The position numbers and the translations under genes were made by a program. From an uncultured delta proteobacterium (GTDB lineage Bacteria > Desulfobacterota > Syntrophia > Syntrophales > UBA2192), in the NCBI GenBank assembly GCA_963705165.1, contig CAVPJD010000024.1, forward strand, positions 96,001-160,000: a stretch of 64,000 nt of DNA. Reading direction: 5' to 3'. Below, in pieces: positions 8,919-18,189 of the stretch. Below the pieces are notes generated by a model that did not search any database, was not told the DNA's origin, and saw only the letters and a program-made list of their open reading frames with translations. Numbering within the stretch: the first letter of the stretch is position 1; each line of letters opens with the position of its first letter.

Positions 8919-9650
8919 ATGAGTAAAATACCGAAGACACCTCAAGAGGTCTTCCCGGAGATCGTCGAGGATCTCAAGGGGATCTATGGCGAAGCGCTTA
9001 AGTCGGTCATCCTCTACGGGAGCGGGGCCCGCGGCGAATACGTGGCCGGGAAATCGGACATCAATTTCCTCGTCGTCCTGGCCGAGAGCGACGCAGGGGA
9101 GCTCGAAAAGATCCTGCCGATGATCCCGAAATGGAAGAAGAGGGCGGTGGCAACGCCTCTCTTCATGACGAGGGCCTTCATCGGCTCCTCCGTCGATGTC
9201 TACCCGGTGGAGTTCCTCAACATGAAGCGCCATTACCAGGTCGTCCACGGCGAGGATGTCCTCAGGGATCTCGTCTTCGAAAAGCGCGCCCTTCGGCTTC
9301 AGTGCGAGCGGGAGCTGAAGGGGAAGCTGATGCTGCTGCGCACCGGGTTCCTGGAGACGGCGGCCAAGGCGGAGAACCTGCAGCGGCTGATGGCGGCATC
9401 CATCACGGCCTTCCTCTCGGTATTCGGCGCCCTGCTCACACTGAAAGACCGGGAGGTGCCCCACGGGCGGCGGGAGATCGTGGCGGCCGTGGCCGGCATG
9501 TACGGGATCGACGCCGCGCCCTTCCTGCGCTGCATCGAATTGCGGGAGGGAAAGAAGGGCTTGTCGTTCGGGGAATTGACGGCTGTCTTCCGGTCTTACA
9601 CAGCAGAGATTCAGAGGTTGTTCGCGATTGTAGACGGCATCGAGGCATGA
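8919..9650 (+). CDS. Pol-beta-fold nucleotidyltransferase domain protein with helical C-terminal domain
   Basis: SVILYGSGARGEY...SDINFLVV (GS...DxN variant). Confidence 0.85.
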   Translation: MSKIPKTPQEVFPEIVEDLKGIYGEALKSVILYGSGARGEYVAGKSDINFLVVLAESDAGELEKILPMIPKWKKRAVATPLFMTRAFIGSSVDVYPVEFLNMKRHYQVVHGEDVLRDLVFEKRALRLQCERELKGKLMLLRTGFLETAAKAENLQRLMAASITAFLSVFGALLTLKDREVPHGRREIVAAVAGMYGIDAAPFLRCIELREGKKGLSFGELTAVFRSYTAEIQRLFAIVDGIEA

Positions 9651-9710
9651 GAAGACAAACCCCCTCTATCCCCCTTTCGTATAGGGGGACGAAGAGGAAT
9701 TTCATGACCG

Positions 9711-9741
9711 GACCAGACAGACCAAACAGAATAGATAGACC
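9711..9741. repeat. Degenerate 9-mer tandem array
   Basis: GACCAGACA GACCAAACA GAATAGATA GACC. Confidence 0.55.
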
Positions 9742-9747
9742 ATGCTA

Positions 9748-9886
9748 GAGGAAGGGGATCATCCACCCTCACCCCGGCCCTCTCCCAGAAAAGGAAGGGG
9801 ATCGTCCCCCTCCTCCACTTCCTCCTCCCACCGGGGGAGGAGAACAGAGGAAAAGGGTTCCCATAGGGCGAGGGAGATTAAGGAAA
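9748..9886 (+). repeat. Dispersed palindromic element, copy B (with an internal second unit)
   Basis: GAGGAAGGGGATCATCCACCCTCACCCCGGCCCTCTCCC...CATAGGGCGAGGGAGATTAAGGAA. Confidence 0.7.
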
Positions 9887-9908
9887 TGAACTTTTTATAG
9901 GAGGTTAT

Positions 9909-10478
9909 ATGGCTAAAAAAGGACTCTGGATTGCGTTGGCCGTCGTGGCCGTCATCGCCATCTCGCTTTACGGCTTCTTCAAGGGGACCTACAACGACTT
10001 CGTCACCCTCGACCAGCAGGTCAAGTCCTCCTGGGCGCAGGTGGAAAATCAGCTCCAGCGGCGCTACGATCTGATCCCGAACCTCGTGGAAACGGTGAAG
10101 GGCTACGCCAAGCAGGAGAAGGATGTCTTCATCGAGGTGACCAACGCCCGGTCGAAGGTGGGAGGGGCCGGAACGATCCCGGACAAGATCTCGGCGAACA
10201 ACGAGATGTCCTCGGCCCTGAGCCGGCTGCTCGTCGTCGTGGAAAATTATCCCGAGCTCAAGTCCAACCTGAATTTCCTCAAGCTGCAGGACGAGCTGGC
10301 GGGAACGGAAAACCGCATTGCCGTGGAGCGCCGCCGATACAACGAGGCCGTCCAGGTTTATAATGTCAAGATCCGGAGCTTCCCGGCCAACCTCCTGGCG
10401 GGCATGTTCGGCTTCAGTCCGGCGGCCTTCTTCGAGGCCCCCGCAGCGGCCAAAACGGCACCGCCGGTGAAGTTTTAG
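9909..10478 (+). CDS. lemA: LemA family protein
   Basis: N-terminal TM, QLQRRYDLIPNLVETVKGYA, YPELKSN, ENRIAVERRRYN. Confidence 0.95.
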   Translation: MAKKGLWIALAVVAVIAISLYGFFKGTYNDFVTLDQQVKSSWAQVENQLQRRYDLIPNLVETVKGYAKQEKDVFIEVTNARSKVGGAGTIPDKISANNEMSSALSRLLVVVENYPELKSNLNFLKLQDELAGTENRIAVERRRYNEAVQVYNVKIRSFPANLLAGMFGFSPAAFFEAPAAAKTAPPVKF

Positions 10479-10559
10479 TGACTAGTGCTCAGTGGTTAGT
10501 GGCTAGTGAAAAGAGACTGATCTTTCCTTCTGTTCACTAGTCACAAGTCACTAGCCACT
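10476..10559. repeat. Degenerate 7-mer tandem array, inverted pair between convergent genes
   Basis: TAGTGAC TAGTGCT CAGTGGT TAGTGGC TAGTGAA ... TTCACTA GTCACAA GTCACTA GCCACT; the first unit contains the lemA stop codon. Confidence 0.8.
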
Positions 10560-10563
10560 TCTT

Positions 10564-11403
10564 TCACTGTTTTTCCGGCCAGGAATACACGGGCGGGCGG
10601 CGATCGAAGACGGTTCCGTCGGGCATGACCTCCACGTCCTCGTCTTTGATACGCTTGATCTTTGTCAGGTTGGCGGGGACGCGGCGTTGCTTTGCGGAGG
10701 CGACGGCATCCTCGACGGTCTTGAAACGGGAGATGTCTTCCAGGGTCATGATCTGGGGCAGGACCATCCCGATCTTCCCTTTCTCGTATTCATCAAGGGC
10801 CCTGGACGGCGTCAACCAGAGATGCTCCGTCAGCTCCACTCCGTCGTGGAAGGCGGCCTGCGCCGATGGGGCTTCCGCCAGGAAGAACCGCACGTCATAG
10901 CGAAGGGGCAGGGGTTCGGGGGTGATCCAGTGTGAAAAGTAATGCAGGCGGTCGAGGGGGAGGAACAGCTCCTCGATCTCGAGCATCTGGATGAATTTCA
11001 TCTCGCCTTTGTTGAGCCCCCTCCGGTAGCCGCAGAACTGTTTCCGCTCCTCTTCCGTCCGGATCGTCACGGGCGAGCCGTCCTTCCTGAGGGCGATCAG
11101 CATCCCCACCTCCTCGAAGGTCTCCCGGATTCCCGCAACCCAGGCGCCCAGCGCTTTTTCCGGGCTTGACATGTTGGGAAGGATCTCCGAAGCCCCTTTC
11201 CGTTCGATCCCGCGGCAGAAACGCTCGATGCCGGGCTCATAATCCTCGGGGTCGAGAATTCCGCCCGGGTAGACGTGATAGCCCGGGACGAAGCGGCTCC
11301 TGCGATTGCGCAGGACCATGAGGACCTCGATGTCTTTCACGGCTTCATTCGGGCAGGGCCGCAGGAGCATAACCGTGGCGGCATCGGTGGGTGTTGCGTA
11401 CAT
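10564..11403 (-). CDS. NUDIX hydrolase (NUDT19-like)
   Basis: AATVMLLR, YPGG, IRETFEEVG, HWITP, RYDVRFF. Confidence 0.85.
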   Translation of the reverse strand: MYATPTDAATVMLLRPCPNEAVKDIEVLMVLRNRRSRFVPGYHVYPGGILDPEDYEPGIERFCRGIERKGASEILPNMSSPEKALGAWVAGIRETFEEVGMLIALRKDGSPVTIRTEEERKQFCGYRRGLNKGEMKFIQMLEIEELFLPLDRLHYFSHWITPEPLPLRYDVRFFLAEAPSAQAAFHDGVELTEHLWLTPSRALDEYEKGKIGMVLPQIMTLEDISRFKTVEDAVASAKQRRVPANLTKIKRIKDEDVEVMPDGTVFDRRPPVYSWPEKQ

Positions 11404-11491
11404 GATCTTTTTATGCCCTCATGATAAAAGAGGCCCTTCTGAGCCTTATTGGTAATTTAGTTTCACTGTCGCTCAAAGTAAAGTCTCTCCC

Positions 11492-11524
11492 CCCCATACC
11501 CTATACCCTGGACCCTACACCCTG
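11492..11524. repeat. Degenerate 7-mer tandem array
   Basis: CCCCATA CCCTATA CCCTGGA CCCTACA CCCTG, overlapping the rlmD stop codon. Confidence 0.65.
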
Positions 11525-12688
11525 TTTTTAAAGAGTGCCACCGCCTCGATGTGCTTCGTCTGCGGGAACATGTCCACCGGCCTGACGGTGACGAGGCTGT
11601 AGCCGCCGTCCACGAGCTGGCGGGCATCCCGGGCCAGTGTCGCCGGGTCGCAGGAGACATAGGCGATTCTCGAGGGGCGAAGCCCGATGAGGAGATCGAG
11701 CACCTCCCGCTCGCAGCCCGTCCTCGGGGGATCGAGGACGACGACGTCGATCGCCGCCTTGCCCCCGCCGAACTCCCTCTCCAAAACGTCCCTTACGTCC
11801 CCCTCGTGGAAAACGGCATTTTTGATCCCGTGCCTCTCCATGTTCAGCCGGGCGCACTCCACGGCCTCGCCGTCGATCTCGATGCCGACAAGGCTGCGGC
11901 ACGCAGGCGCAAGGAACAGGGAAAAGAGACCCGAGCCGCAGTAGAGGTCGAGTACCGTCTCGCCGGGACCGGCCCCGGCAAACTCCATCACGATATCGAC
12001 GAGGCCGTCCGTGAGGGCCGTGTTGGCCTGAAAGAACCCTTCGAAGGGAACGAGGAGTTCCCGCCCCTTCACGATCCGTACGACGTGTTTTTCTTCGCTC
12101 TTCCCCGTGAGCGACCAGATGACATACCTGATCCACGCGCAGGGGCGCGTGCATGGGGCGTCTCAGGAAGGTGAGCTGCTCGTTGATGCTCTCATCCATG
12201 ATGGCGCAGCGCTCGATGTCGACGAGGCGGCTGCCTCCCACATCCATGAACCCGATCCGGTAAGCGGCGTCACGCTGCCGCTCCACGTGGAATTCGCCTT
12301 TGCCCCGGTACCCGTAGGGAACAGGCGACGGGCAACCGGGCTCGACGGGCGGAGCCGTAAATTTGCCGATCCGCTCGAAGGCCTCGACAACCTGGCGCCT
12401 TTTCATCTCGACCTGCTTTGCGTATTCGATGTGCTGGTAGTGGCAGCCCCCGCAGCGCTGGAAGTAGGGACAGGAGGGCTCCGCCCGGTCGGGTGACGGC
12501 GTGACAAGCTTTTTCACCCGCCCGCGGAGGTATCGCTTCTTCGCCTCCCGGATCTCCACCTCGGCCACGTCTCCCGGTGCGGTGAAGGGCACGAAGACGA
12601 CGAGGTTCTCCACCCGGCCGATCCCCTCGCCCCCGAAGGCGACCGTCTCAATCGTTATGGTGATGATGTCTTTTGCGCGCACAGCCAT
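11515..12688 (-). pseudogene. rlmD: 23S rRNA m5U methyltransferase (RlmD/TrmA family), split by one frameshift near 12130
   Basis: The TRAM domain and CPYFQRCGGC...C Fe-S motif are in one frame; FFQAN, DLYCGSG, LDPPR, YVSCDP and DMFPQT are in another. Removing one base near GTG GAT C AGG TAT joins them. May be an assembly error. Confidence 0.85.
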
Positions 12689-12752
12689 TTCTTTCTGCCC
12701 TTTTTTTACGGCCACTATAACAGTTATTGCCATGACAAGTAAATCATTCCCG

Positions 12753-12856
12753 GAGAAGGTAAGAAGGTGAGAGGGTAAGAACGTTGGATGGGCCGGTAGC
12801 CTGACGTCCGCTCTCTGCTGCTCCAACTTTCTCACCTTCTCATCCTCTTACCCTCT
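12753..12856. repeat. Degenerate 8-mer tandem array, inverted pair
   Basis: GAGAAGGT AAGAAGGT GAGAGGGT AAGAACGT ... TCTCACCT TCTCATCC TCTTACCC. Confidence 0.75.
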
Positions 12857-12982
12857 GCCTTGCGGGGCGAATGCCTCCATGGCCCGCGCCACCGCGCGAG
12901 GCCGAATTGCCCGTGATTCCGGCGCCCTTTGCTTGACAGCCTTTCTGCAGGTGTGTTACCGTGCCCCGAAGTGTGAGAAACC

Positions 12983-13825
12983 ATGGGTCAACTGGATAAA
13001 AAATCGATGCTCTGTCCCGGCTGCCGGAGGCTCATCAGCTCCGACGAGCCGACGTGCCCCTTCTGCGGGCTCGGGAAACCGGGCGCGCCGATCCGCAAGA
13101 TCCTTTCCCGGTTCTCGCTGCGCGACGGCGAGGGCCTCATCCAGTTCATCATCTACGCGAACGCCGCCATCTTCATCCTGGCGCTCGTCCTGAAGCCATC
13201 GGAGATGGGGATGTCGCTCAACCCCTTCACCCTGCTCTCGCCGTCGAGCACGAGCCTGCTGCTTCTCGGCGCCACGGGGACGGTTCCCATCGACGGATAC
13301 CACCGCTGGTGGACACTCCTCACAGCATCGTATCTTCACGGGGGCATCCTCCACATCGCGTTCAACATGATGGCCCTCCATCAACTCGGTCCTTTCGTGG
13401 TCCATGAATACGGGACGGCGCGGTTTGTCATCCTCTACATCGTCAGCGGCATCGTCGGGTTTGTCCTCTCCTACTTCGTCGGCATTTACTTCACGCTGGG
13501 CGCATCTGCCAGCGTTTGCGGCCTCATCGGAGCGATCCTGTATTACGGGAAATCTCGGGGCGGTTCCTTCGGCACGGCCATCTACCGGCAGGCCATGGGG
13601 TGGATCATCGGACTCATTCTCTTCGGGCTTCTACTGCCGGGCATCAACAACTGGGCCCACGGCGGCGGGATCGCGGCGGGGATCGCCGTGGGGTTTGCAC
13701 TCGGCTACGAGGAGAGGCAGCGAGAGACCCTGCCGCACCGGGTCATCGCGGCACTCTTTGCCCTTGTCACGGCGGGGGCGGTTCTCTTCACCGTGATCCA
13801 GGCTATCCTCATCCGTTTCTTCTGA
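12983..13825 (+). CDS. Rhomboid intramembrane serine protease with N-terminal zinc ribbon
   Basis: CPGC...CPFC, HGGILHIAFNM, GASA, AHGGG. Confidence 0.9.
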   Translation: MGQLDKKSMLCPGCRRLISSDEPTCPFCGLGKPGAPIRKILSRFSLRDGEGLIQFIIYANAAIFILALVLKPSEMGMSLNPFTLLSPSSTSLLLLGATGTVPIDGYHRWWTLLTASYLHGGILHIAFNMMALHQLGPFVVHEYGTARFVILYIVSGIVGFVLSYFVGIYFTLGASASVCGLIGAILYYGKSRGGSFGTAIYRQAMGWIIGLILFGLLLPGINNWAHGGGIAAGIAVGFALGYEERQRETLPHRVIAALFALVTAGAVLFTVIQAILIRFF

Positions 13826-13869
13826 TCGTCGGCACGAGGAAACGGATCAACGAAAAAGGAGGTATCATC

Positions 13870-14262
13870 ATGATGAAAAAAATCGCCCTGCTGGTCGGTC
13901 TTCTTTCGCTGAGCGCGCTGACCGGCTGCGCCATCGTCGCCGGGGACACGGTCATGGGTTACGAGTCGGGAAAGTTCATCTATCACGACGGGGGCCTCCA
14001 GTCGAATTACAAGGTTCCCATGGACCAGGTGTGGGAAGCAGCCGGCAAGGCCCTGACGGAGCTGAAGGCATCGGATATCCAGATGGATCGCAAGATCCAG
14101 AAGGGCACGATCGAAGCCGTTCTCGACGAGGAGAAGGTGAAGATCACCATGGAGTACCTCTCCCGCACCGAAACCTCCGTTTCAGTCCGCGTCGGCACGG
14201 CGGGAAGCAACGTAGCCGCAAGATACATCCATGACAAGATCGATTCGAACCTGAAAAAATAA
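13870..14262 (+). CDS. Lipoprotein, DUF3568-like
   Basis: RBS AAGGAGG; lipobox LTGC; C-terminal TSVSVRVG. Confidence 0.75.
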   Translation: MMKKIALLVGLLSLSALTGCAIVAGDTVMGYESGKFIYHDGGLQSNYKVPMDQVWEAAGKALTELKASDIQMDRKIQKGTIEAVLDEEKVKITMEYLSRTETSVSVRVGTAGSNVAARYIHDKIDSNLKK

Positions 14263-14269
14263 CCCGACC

Positions 14270-15442
14270 ATGGAGCAGAGCAGAGACGCGGTCTCGCCGC
14301 CCGGCGGCGAGACCAAAAAGACCATCCGCACCTTCGCCTTCGCGTCCTTTTTCAACGACATGGGGTCGGACATGATCTACCCGATCTGGCCCCTCTTTGT
14401 CGCGTCCCTCGGGGCCAACATGGCTGTCCTGGGCTTCATCGACGGGCTCGGCAACGCCATCGTCTCCATCTCGCAGGCCATCTCGGGCTACATCTCCGAC
14501 CGGACGCGCAAGCGCAAGATTTTCATCTGGCTGGGCTACCTCTGCGGCGGGATTTCCCGGCTGGGCTACGCGCTGTCGGCCACGTGGCACTGGCTCGTCC
14601 CCTTCCGGATTTTGGACCGTGCGGGCAAGATGCGCGGCGCCCCCCGGGATGCCATGGTGGCGGATCTCTCGATGCGGAGCAACCGCGGCGAGAACTTCGG
14701 GATCATCCGGACCCTCGACAATGCGGGCGCCCTCATCGGAATCGTTTTCTGCATCGCCTTCTTCCCCTTCCTCGGGTATCAGAACCTGCTGCTGATCGCC
14801 GCCGTACCGTCTTGCATCGCCGTGGCGCTCATCGTGTTGAACATCCGTGAGCAGCCCCTCGAGGATGCCAAGCTGTTCAAGGGTCTTTCGTTTACGCACC
14901 TCGACCGAAACTTCAAGCTCTTCGTCGTGCTGAGCGCGGTTTTCTCGCTGGGGGCATTCAGCTACTCGTTTCTGCTTATCTTCGCCAACAAGTTCGGCTT
15001 CCAGATCACCACGGTGCCGCTGTTCTATCTGCTTTTCACGCTGGTAGCCACCTTCTGCTCCTACCCCTTCGGTGTCCTGTCCGACCGCATCGGCCGCAAG
15101 GCGGTGCTGCAGATCTCCTATGTTCTCTGGGGGCTTGTCTGCCTGGCGATGATTTTCGCCGACAGCACCTGGATGGTCGTCGCCGCGTTCGTCCTCTTCG
15201 GCCTTCACCAGGCCGGGATCGACACGGTGCAGAAGGCCTTCGTCGCCGAGCTGGGACCCGTCGAGTACCGGGCGAGTACCCTGGGCGGATTCCAGATGGT
15301 GATCGGCCTGTTCGCCTTTCCCGCCTCCTTCGCGGCGGGGCTGCTGTGGGAGAGCTTCGGCATGCAGGCACCTTTCATCTTCTCGCTGGTGCTGACGGCG
15401 ATCTCGGCGGCGATGCTTTTCTTCGTCAAAGAAAGGGTATAG
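14270..15442 (+). CDS. MFS transporter
   Basis: About 12 TM segments; GYISDRTRKRK and GVLSDRIGRK motifs. Confidence 0.92.
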   Translation: MEQSRDAVSPPGGETKKTIRTFAFASFFNDMGSDMIYPIWPLFVASLGANMAVLGFIDGLGNAIVSISQAISGYISDRTRKRKIFIWLGYLCGGISRLGYALSATWHWLVPFRILDRAGKMRGAPRDAMVADLSMRSNRGENFGIIRTLDNAGALIGIVFCIAFFPFLGYQNLLLIAAVPSCIAVALIVLNIREQPLEDAKLFKGLSFTHLDRNFKLFVVLSAVFSLGAFSYSFLLIFANKFGFQITTVPLFYLLFTLVATFCSYPFGVLSDRIGRKAVLQISYVLWGLVCLAMIFADSTWMVVAAFVLFGLHQAGIDTVQKAFVAELGPVEYRASTLGGFQMVIGLFAFPASFAAGLLWESFGMQAPFIFSLVLTAISAAMLFFVKERV

Positions 15443-15446
15443 GGCC

Positions 15447-15474
15447 GCAGGCATCAGGCTACAGGCAACAGGAA
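15447..15474. repeat. Degenerate 7-mer tandem array
   Basis: GCAGGCA TCAGGCT ACAGGCA ACAGGAA. Confidence 0.55.
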
Positions 15475-15475
15475 G

Positions 15476-16654
15476 ATGAATTCCGGTTCTTCTGTTTCAA
15501 CTCGTCCCACCTTCGAAGCTTCACAGCTTCCCATTCTGAAGGCCCGGTTCATCGGGCGGCCGAATCGCTTTCTTGTCGTCTGCGATCTCGGCGGGAAGAC
15601 CGTTGAGGCCTATCTTCCCAACCCCGGAAGGCTCTGGGAGCTGCTGCTGCCGGGCCGGACCCTGTACCTGGTCCATAACCCTCCCGACCCGGCGAAGAGC
15701 ACCGAATACACGGCACTTGCCGTCGAGCATGAAGGCAGGCCCATCCTGCTGCACACGCATCGCACCAACGACGTGGTGGCCCACCTGCTTGCGGCAAAAA
15801 AACTCCCCGGTTTCGAAGCGGCATCGGTCATCCGGCGCGAAGCCCGCGCAGGTGCCAGCCGCTACGACTTTCTTCTGGAAAAGGGCGGGAGGGAATTTTT
15901 CCTCGAGGTCAAATCCTGCACTCTCTTCGGCCGTCGCATCGCCATGTTCCCCGATGCCGTCACGGAGCGAGGGCGCAGGCACCTGGAGAACCTTGCCCTT
16001 CATGCACGACAGGGAATTCCCGGCGGAGTCGTTTTTGTCGTCCACTCGCCGCAAATCGATACGTTCATGCCCGACTACCACACGGATTACCGCTTCGCGA
16101 GGGCGCTTCTCGAGGTGAGAAACGATCTGCTCGTCAAGGCCGTCAGTGTGGAGTGGCGGGAGGATCTGAGCCTGGGGCCCCGTGTCCGCGACGTGGAGAT
16201 CCCCTGGGATCTCATCGCGCGGCAGGCCCGGGACAGGGGAAGCTACCTTCTGGTCCTCGAGGTCGCGCAAAGCCGCCGCGTCGATGTGGGCGGCCTGGGC
16301 AAGGTCACGTTCCCGAAAGGGTACTACGTGTACGCCGGCTCGGCCCGGGTAAATCTCACGAAGCGGGTGGAGCGACACCTGAGGCGGCGCAAGCAATTCC
16401 ACTGGCACATCGATTACCTGCGGGACCGGGCCGACTCGTGCACGGCGCTGCCAGTCCGTTCGAGCGAGGATCTGGAGCACGGCCTGGCGGCGGCCCTGGG
16501 ACAGGTTGCCGACTGGAGCATCCCCCGATTCGGCTCCTCCGACTGCAGATGCGCGACACATCTTTTCGGCTTTAAAGAGAACCCCATCCGCACGCCTCGT
16601 TTTATCGAATTGCTTCTGAAGTTTCGAATCGACCGGCTTGAAACCATGCTCTAA
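15476..16654 (+). CDS. sfsA: SfsA (PD-(D/E)xK nuclease fold) fused to a DUF123/GIY-YIG-type domain
   Basis: RPNRF, PNPGRL, SRYDF, EVKSCTL, FPDAVTERGRRHL; then GSYLL...YVYAGSA...WHIDYL...FGSSDCRC. Confidence 0.88.
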   Translation: MNSGSSVSTRPTFEASQLPILKARFIGRPNRFLVVCDLGGKTVEAYLPNPGRLWELLLPGRTLYLVHNPPDPAKSTEYTALAVEHEGRPILLHTHRTNDVVAHLLAAKKLPGFEAASVIRREARAGASRYDFLLEKGGREFFLEVKSCTLFGRRIAMFPDAVTERGRRHLENLALHARQGIPGGVVFVVHSPQIDTFMPDYHTDYRFARALLEVRNDLLVKAVSVEWREDLSLGPRVRDVEIPWDLIARQARDRGSYLLVLEVAQSRRVDVGGLGKVTFPKGYYVYAGSARVNLTKRVERHLRRRKQFHWHIDYLRDRADSCTALPVRSSEDLEHGLAAALGQVADWSIPRFGSSDCRCATHLFGFKENPIRTPRFIELLLKFRIDRLETML

Positions 16655-16655
16655 A

Positions 16656-16694
16656 CGGGTATCGGGGCTCGGGTATAGGGTATAGGGTATAGGG
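16656..16694. repeat. Degenerate 7-mer tandem array
   Basis: CGGGTAT CGGGGCT CGGGTAT AGGGTAT AGGGTAT AGGG, right after the stop codon. Confidence 0.75.
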
Positions 16695-16749
16695 AAGATG
16701 TGGCGCGAAGCGCACAGTCCGGATTTGACTCAATCGCTGCCGAGGCGTA

Positions 16750-17292
16750 ATGAATAATCAGAAGGACCCCGACATTATGCAAAAAATCGAAGTCCGGAGA
16801 AAACCTTTCATCGTCGGAGTCATGGGGGGCCACGAGGCGCCGCCGGAGATTCTTGAAGACGCGCGCCGGATCGGCGAGGCCATCGCAAAGAGAGGGCATG
16901 TCCTTCTGACGGGGGGCGGAGAAGGGGTGATGAAAGCAGCCTCCGAGGGGGCCTTCAAGGCAGGGGGGCTCGTCCTGGCAGTGCTCCCGAGCGACCGGGT
17001 TCGGCCGCTCGCCGGTTACCCCAACGCGTTTGTCGACATTGCCATCTACACCGGGATGGCGGATGCCCGGAATGTCATCAATGCGAAGACCCCCCATGTG
17101 ATGATCGCCATCGACGGCGGCTGGGGAACCGTGTCCGAGATCGCCCACGCCCTTCGCAACGACACCCCCGTCATCGCGCTGAAAACCCCTTCCATAGGTC
17201 TCCCCCACGGCAAATGCCTTATTACCAGCGCCTCCGTCGAAGACACCCTCGCCCAGATGGATCGGCTTCTGAAAGTGACCAGTGACCGGTGA
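16750..17292 (+). CDS. LOG/TIGR00725-like Rossmann-fold nucleotide-binding protein
   Basis: VGVMGG, LLTGGGEGVM, RNVIN, GGWGTVSE. Confidence 0.85.
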   Translation: MNNQKDPDIMQKIEVRRKPFIVGVMGGHEAPPEILEDARRIGEAIAKRGHVLLTGGGEGVMKAASEGAFKAGGLVLAVLPSDRVRPLAGYPNAFVDIAIYTGMADARNVINAKTPHVMIAIDGGWGTVSEIAHALRNDTPVIALKTPSIGLPHGKCLITSASVEDTLAQMDRLLKVTSDR

Positions 17293-17300
17293 CCAGTGAG
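17273..17300. repeat. Degenerate 7-mer tandem array
   Basis: AAGTGAC CAGTGAC CGGTGAC CAGTGAG, containing the stop codon. Confidence 0.65.
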
Positions 17301-17420
17301 GACGAGACAATTAATTTCTTTGCCTTTTTCTCCATTCCGATATTCCGTGCTCTTGCCTTAAGTCAATCGTAACGATCACTGATCATCAATCGGCCGAAAT
17401 CATTTATTTATTCCCCATCT

Positions 17421-17455
17421 TCCTGATTCCGGAAGCCTGAAGCCCGATGCCTGCC
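17421..17455. repeat. Degenerate 7-mer tandem array
   Basis: TCCTGAT TCCGGAA GCCTGAA GCCCGAT GCCTGCC. Confidence 0.5.
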
Positions 17456-17472
17456 ACCCATCGGGCGGCCAG

Positions 17473-17488
17473 TGGCACCCCCCTTGCA
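17473..17488 (+). promoter_or_regulatory. Sigma54 (-24/-12) promoter
   Basis: TGGCAC-CCCCC-TTGCA with exact GG-N10-GC spacing, 150 nt upstream of the PilZ gene. Confidence 0.7.
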
Positions 17489-17637
17489 TTACTCCGATTG
17501 CCGGGCCGTTTTGCGCGCATCCGGAAGAATTGATGCAATTATAAGGACTTGCGCTGCAAAAATCCTCTTCAAGTTATGACGGCAACAACCGATATTAGAT
17601 AAATGAAACCATTGCAACGTTTGTCAGGATATTCGAA

Positions 17638-18177
17638 ATGAAGTTCACAAATGAATTCCCCTGCCCGCCGAACCGTCGGGAGTATTCCCGGGTCAAGACC
17701 GTCGTGCCCTTCAGTGCGCGGCTCGTGCCCCCTGAAGAGCGGGAGAACCTTCTGTCCAGGGTCTCCAATCAGACGGCCGTCGATCTGGGGGGACTTCCCG
17801 AAATCCCGGATCAGGCCCTCGCCGAATGGCTCGCAATGATCAACCGCAAGCTGGACCTTATCCTCAACACGCTCGGCGCGCAGAAGATGGGATTCAATGC
17901 GCTTCCGGTCCAGCAGATCAGCATCAGCGGGGGCGGTCTTTCGTTTCACTCGCGAGAACCCTTCACCCGCGGCGATATCGTCGAAGTCATGATGGTTCTC
18001 TCTTCCGGCACCTCCGTGGCCCTCTATGTCTACGGGGAAGTGGTGGCGGCCGACCGGCGAGACGACAGTTTCGAGATCGGCCTGAAGTTCGTCGCCATGG
18101 GCGACGAAATCCGTGAGGAAATCTGCCGGTTCGTCTTCGAGCGGGAGCGGCAAATCCTTCGCGACAAAAGGGGGTAA
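17638..18177 (+). CDS. PilZ domain protein
   Basis: RREYSR (RxxxR) and SISGGG (variant of D/NxSxxG); beta-barrel pattern GEVV...IGLKF. Confidence 0.85.
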   Translation: MKFTNEFPCPPNRREYSRVKTVVPFSARLVPPEERENLLSRVSNQTAVDLGGLPEIPDQALAEWLAMINRKLDLILNTLGAQKMGFNALPVQQISISGGGLSFHSREPFTRGDIVEVMMVLSSGTSVALYVYGEVVAADRRDDSFEIGLKFVAMGDEIREEICRFVFERERQILRDKRG

Positions 18178-18189
18178 CGCCGGCTACCC

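Noticed and set aside
8919..9650. Nucleotidyltransferase as CBASS cyclase or MNT-HEPN toxin-antitoxin
   Set aside because: Short for a CD-NTase, and no effector, cap genes or separate HEPN toxin nearby.
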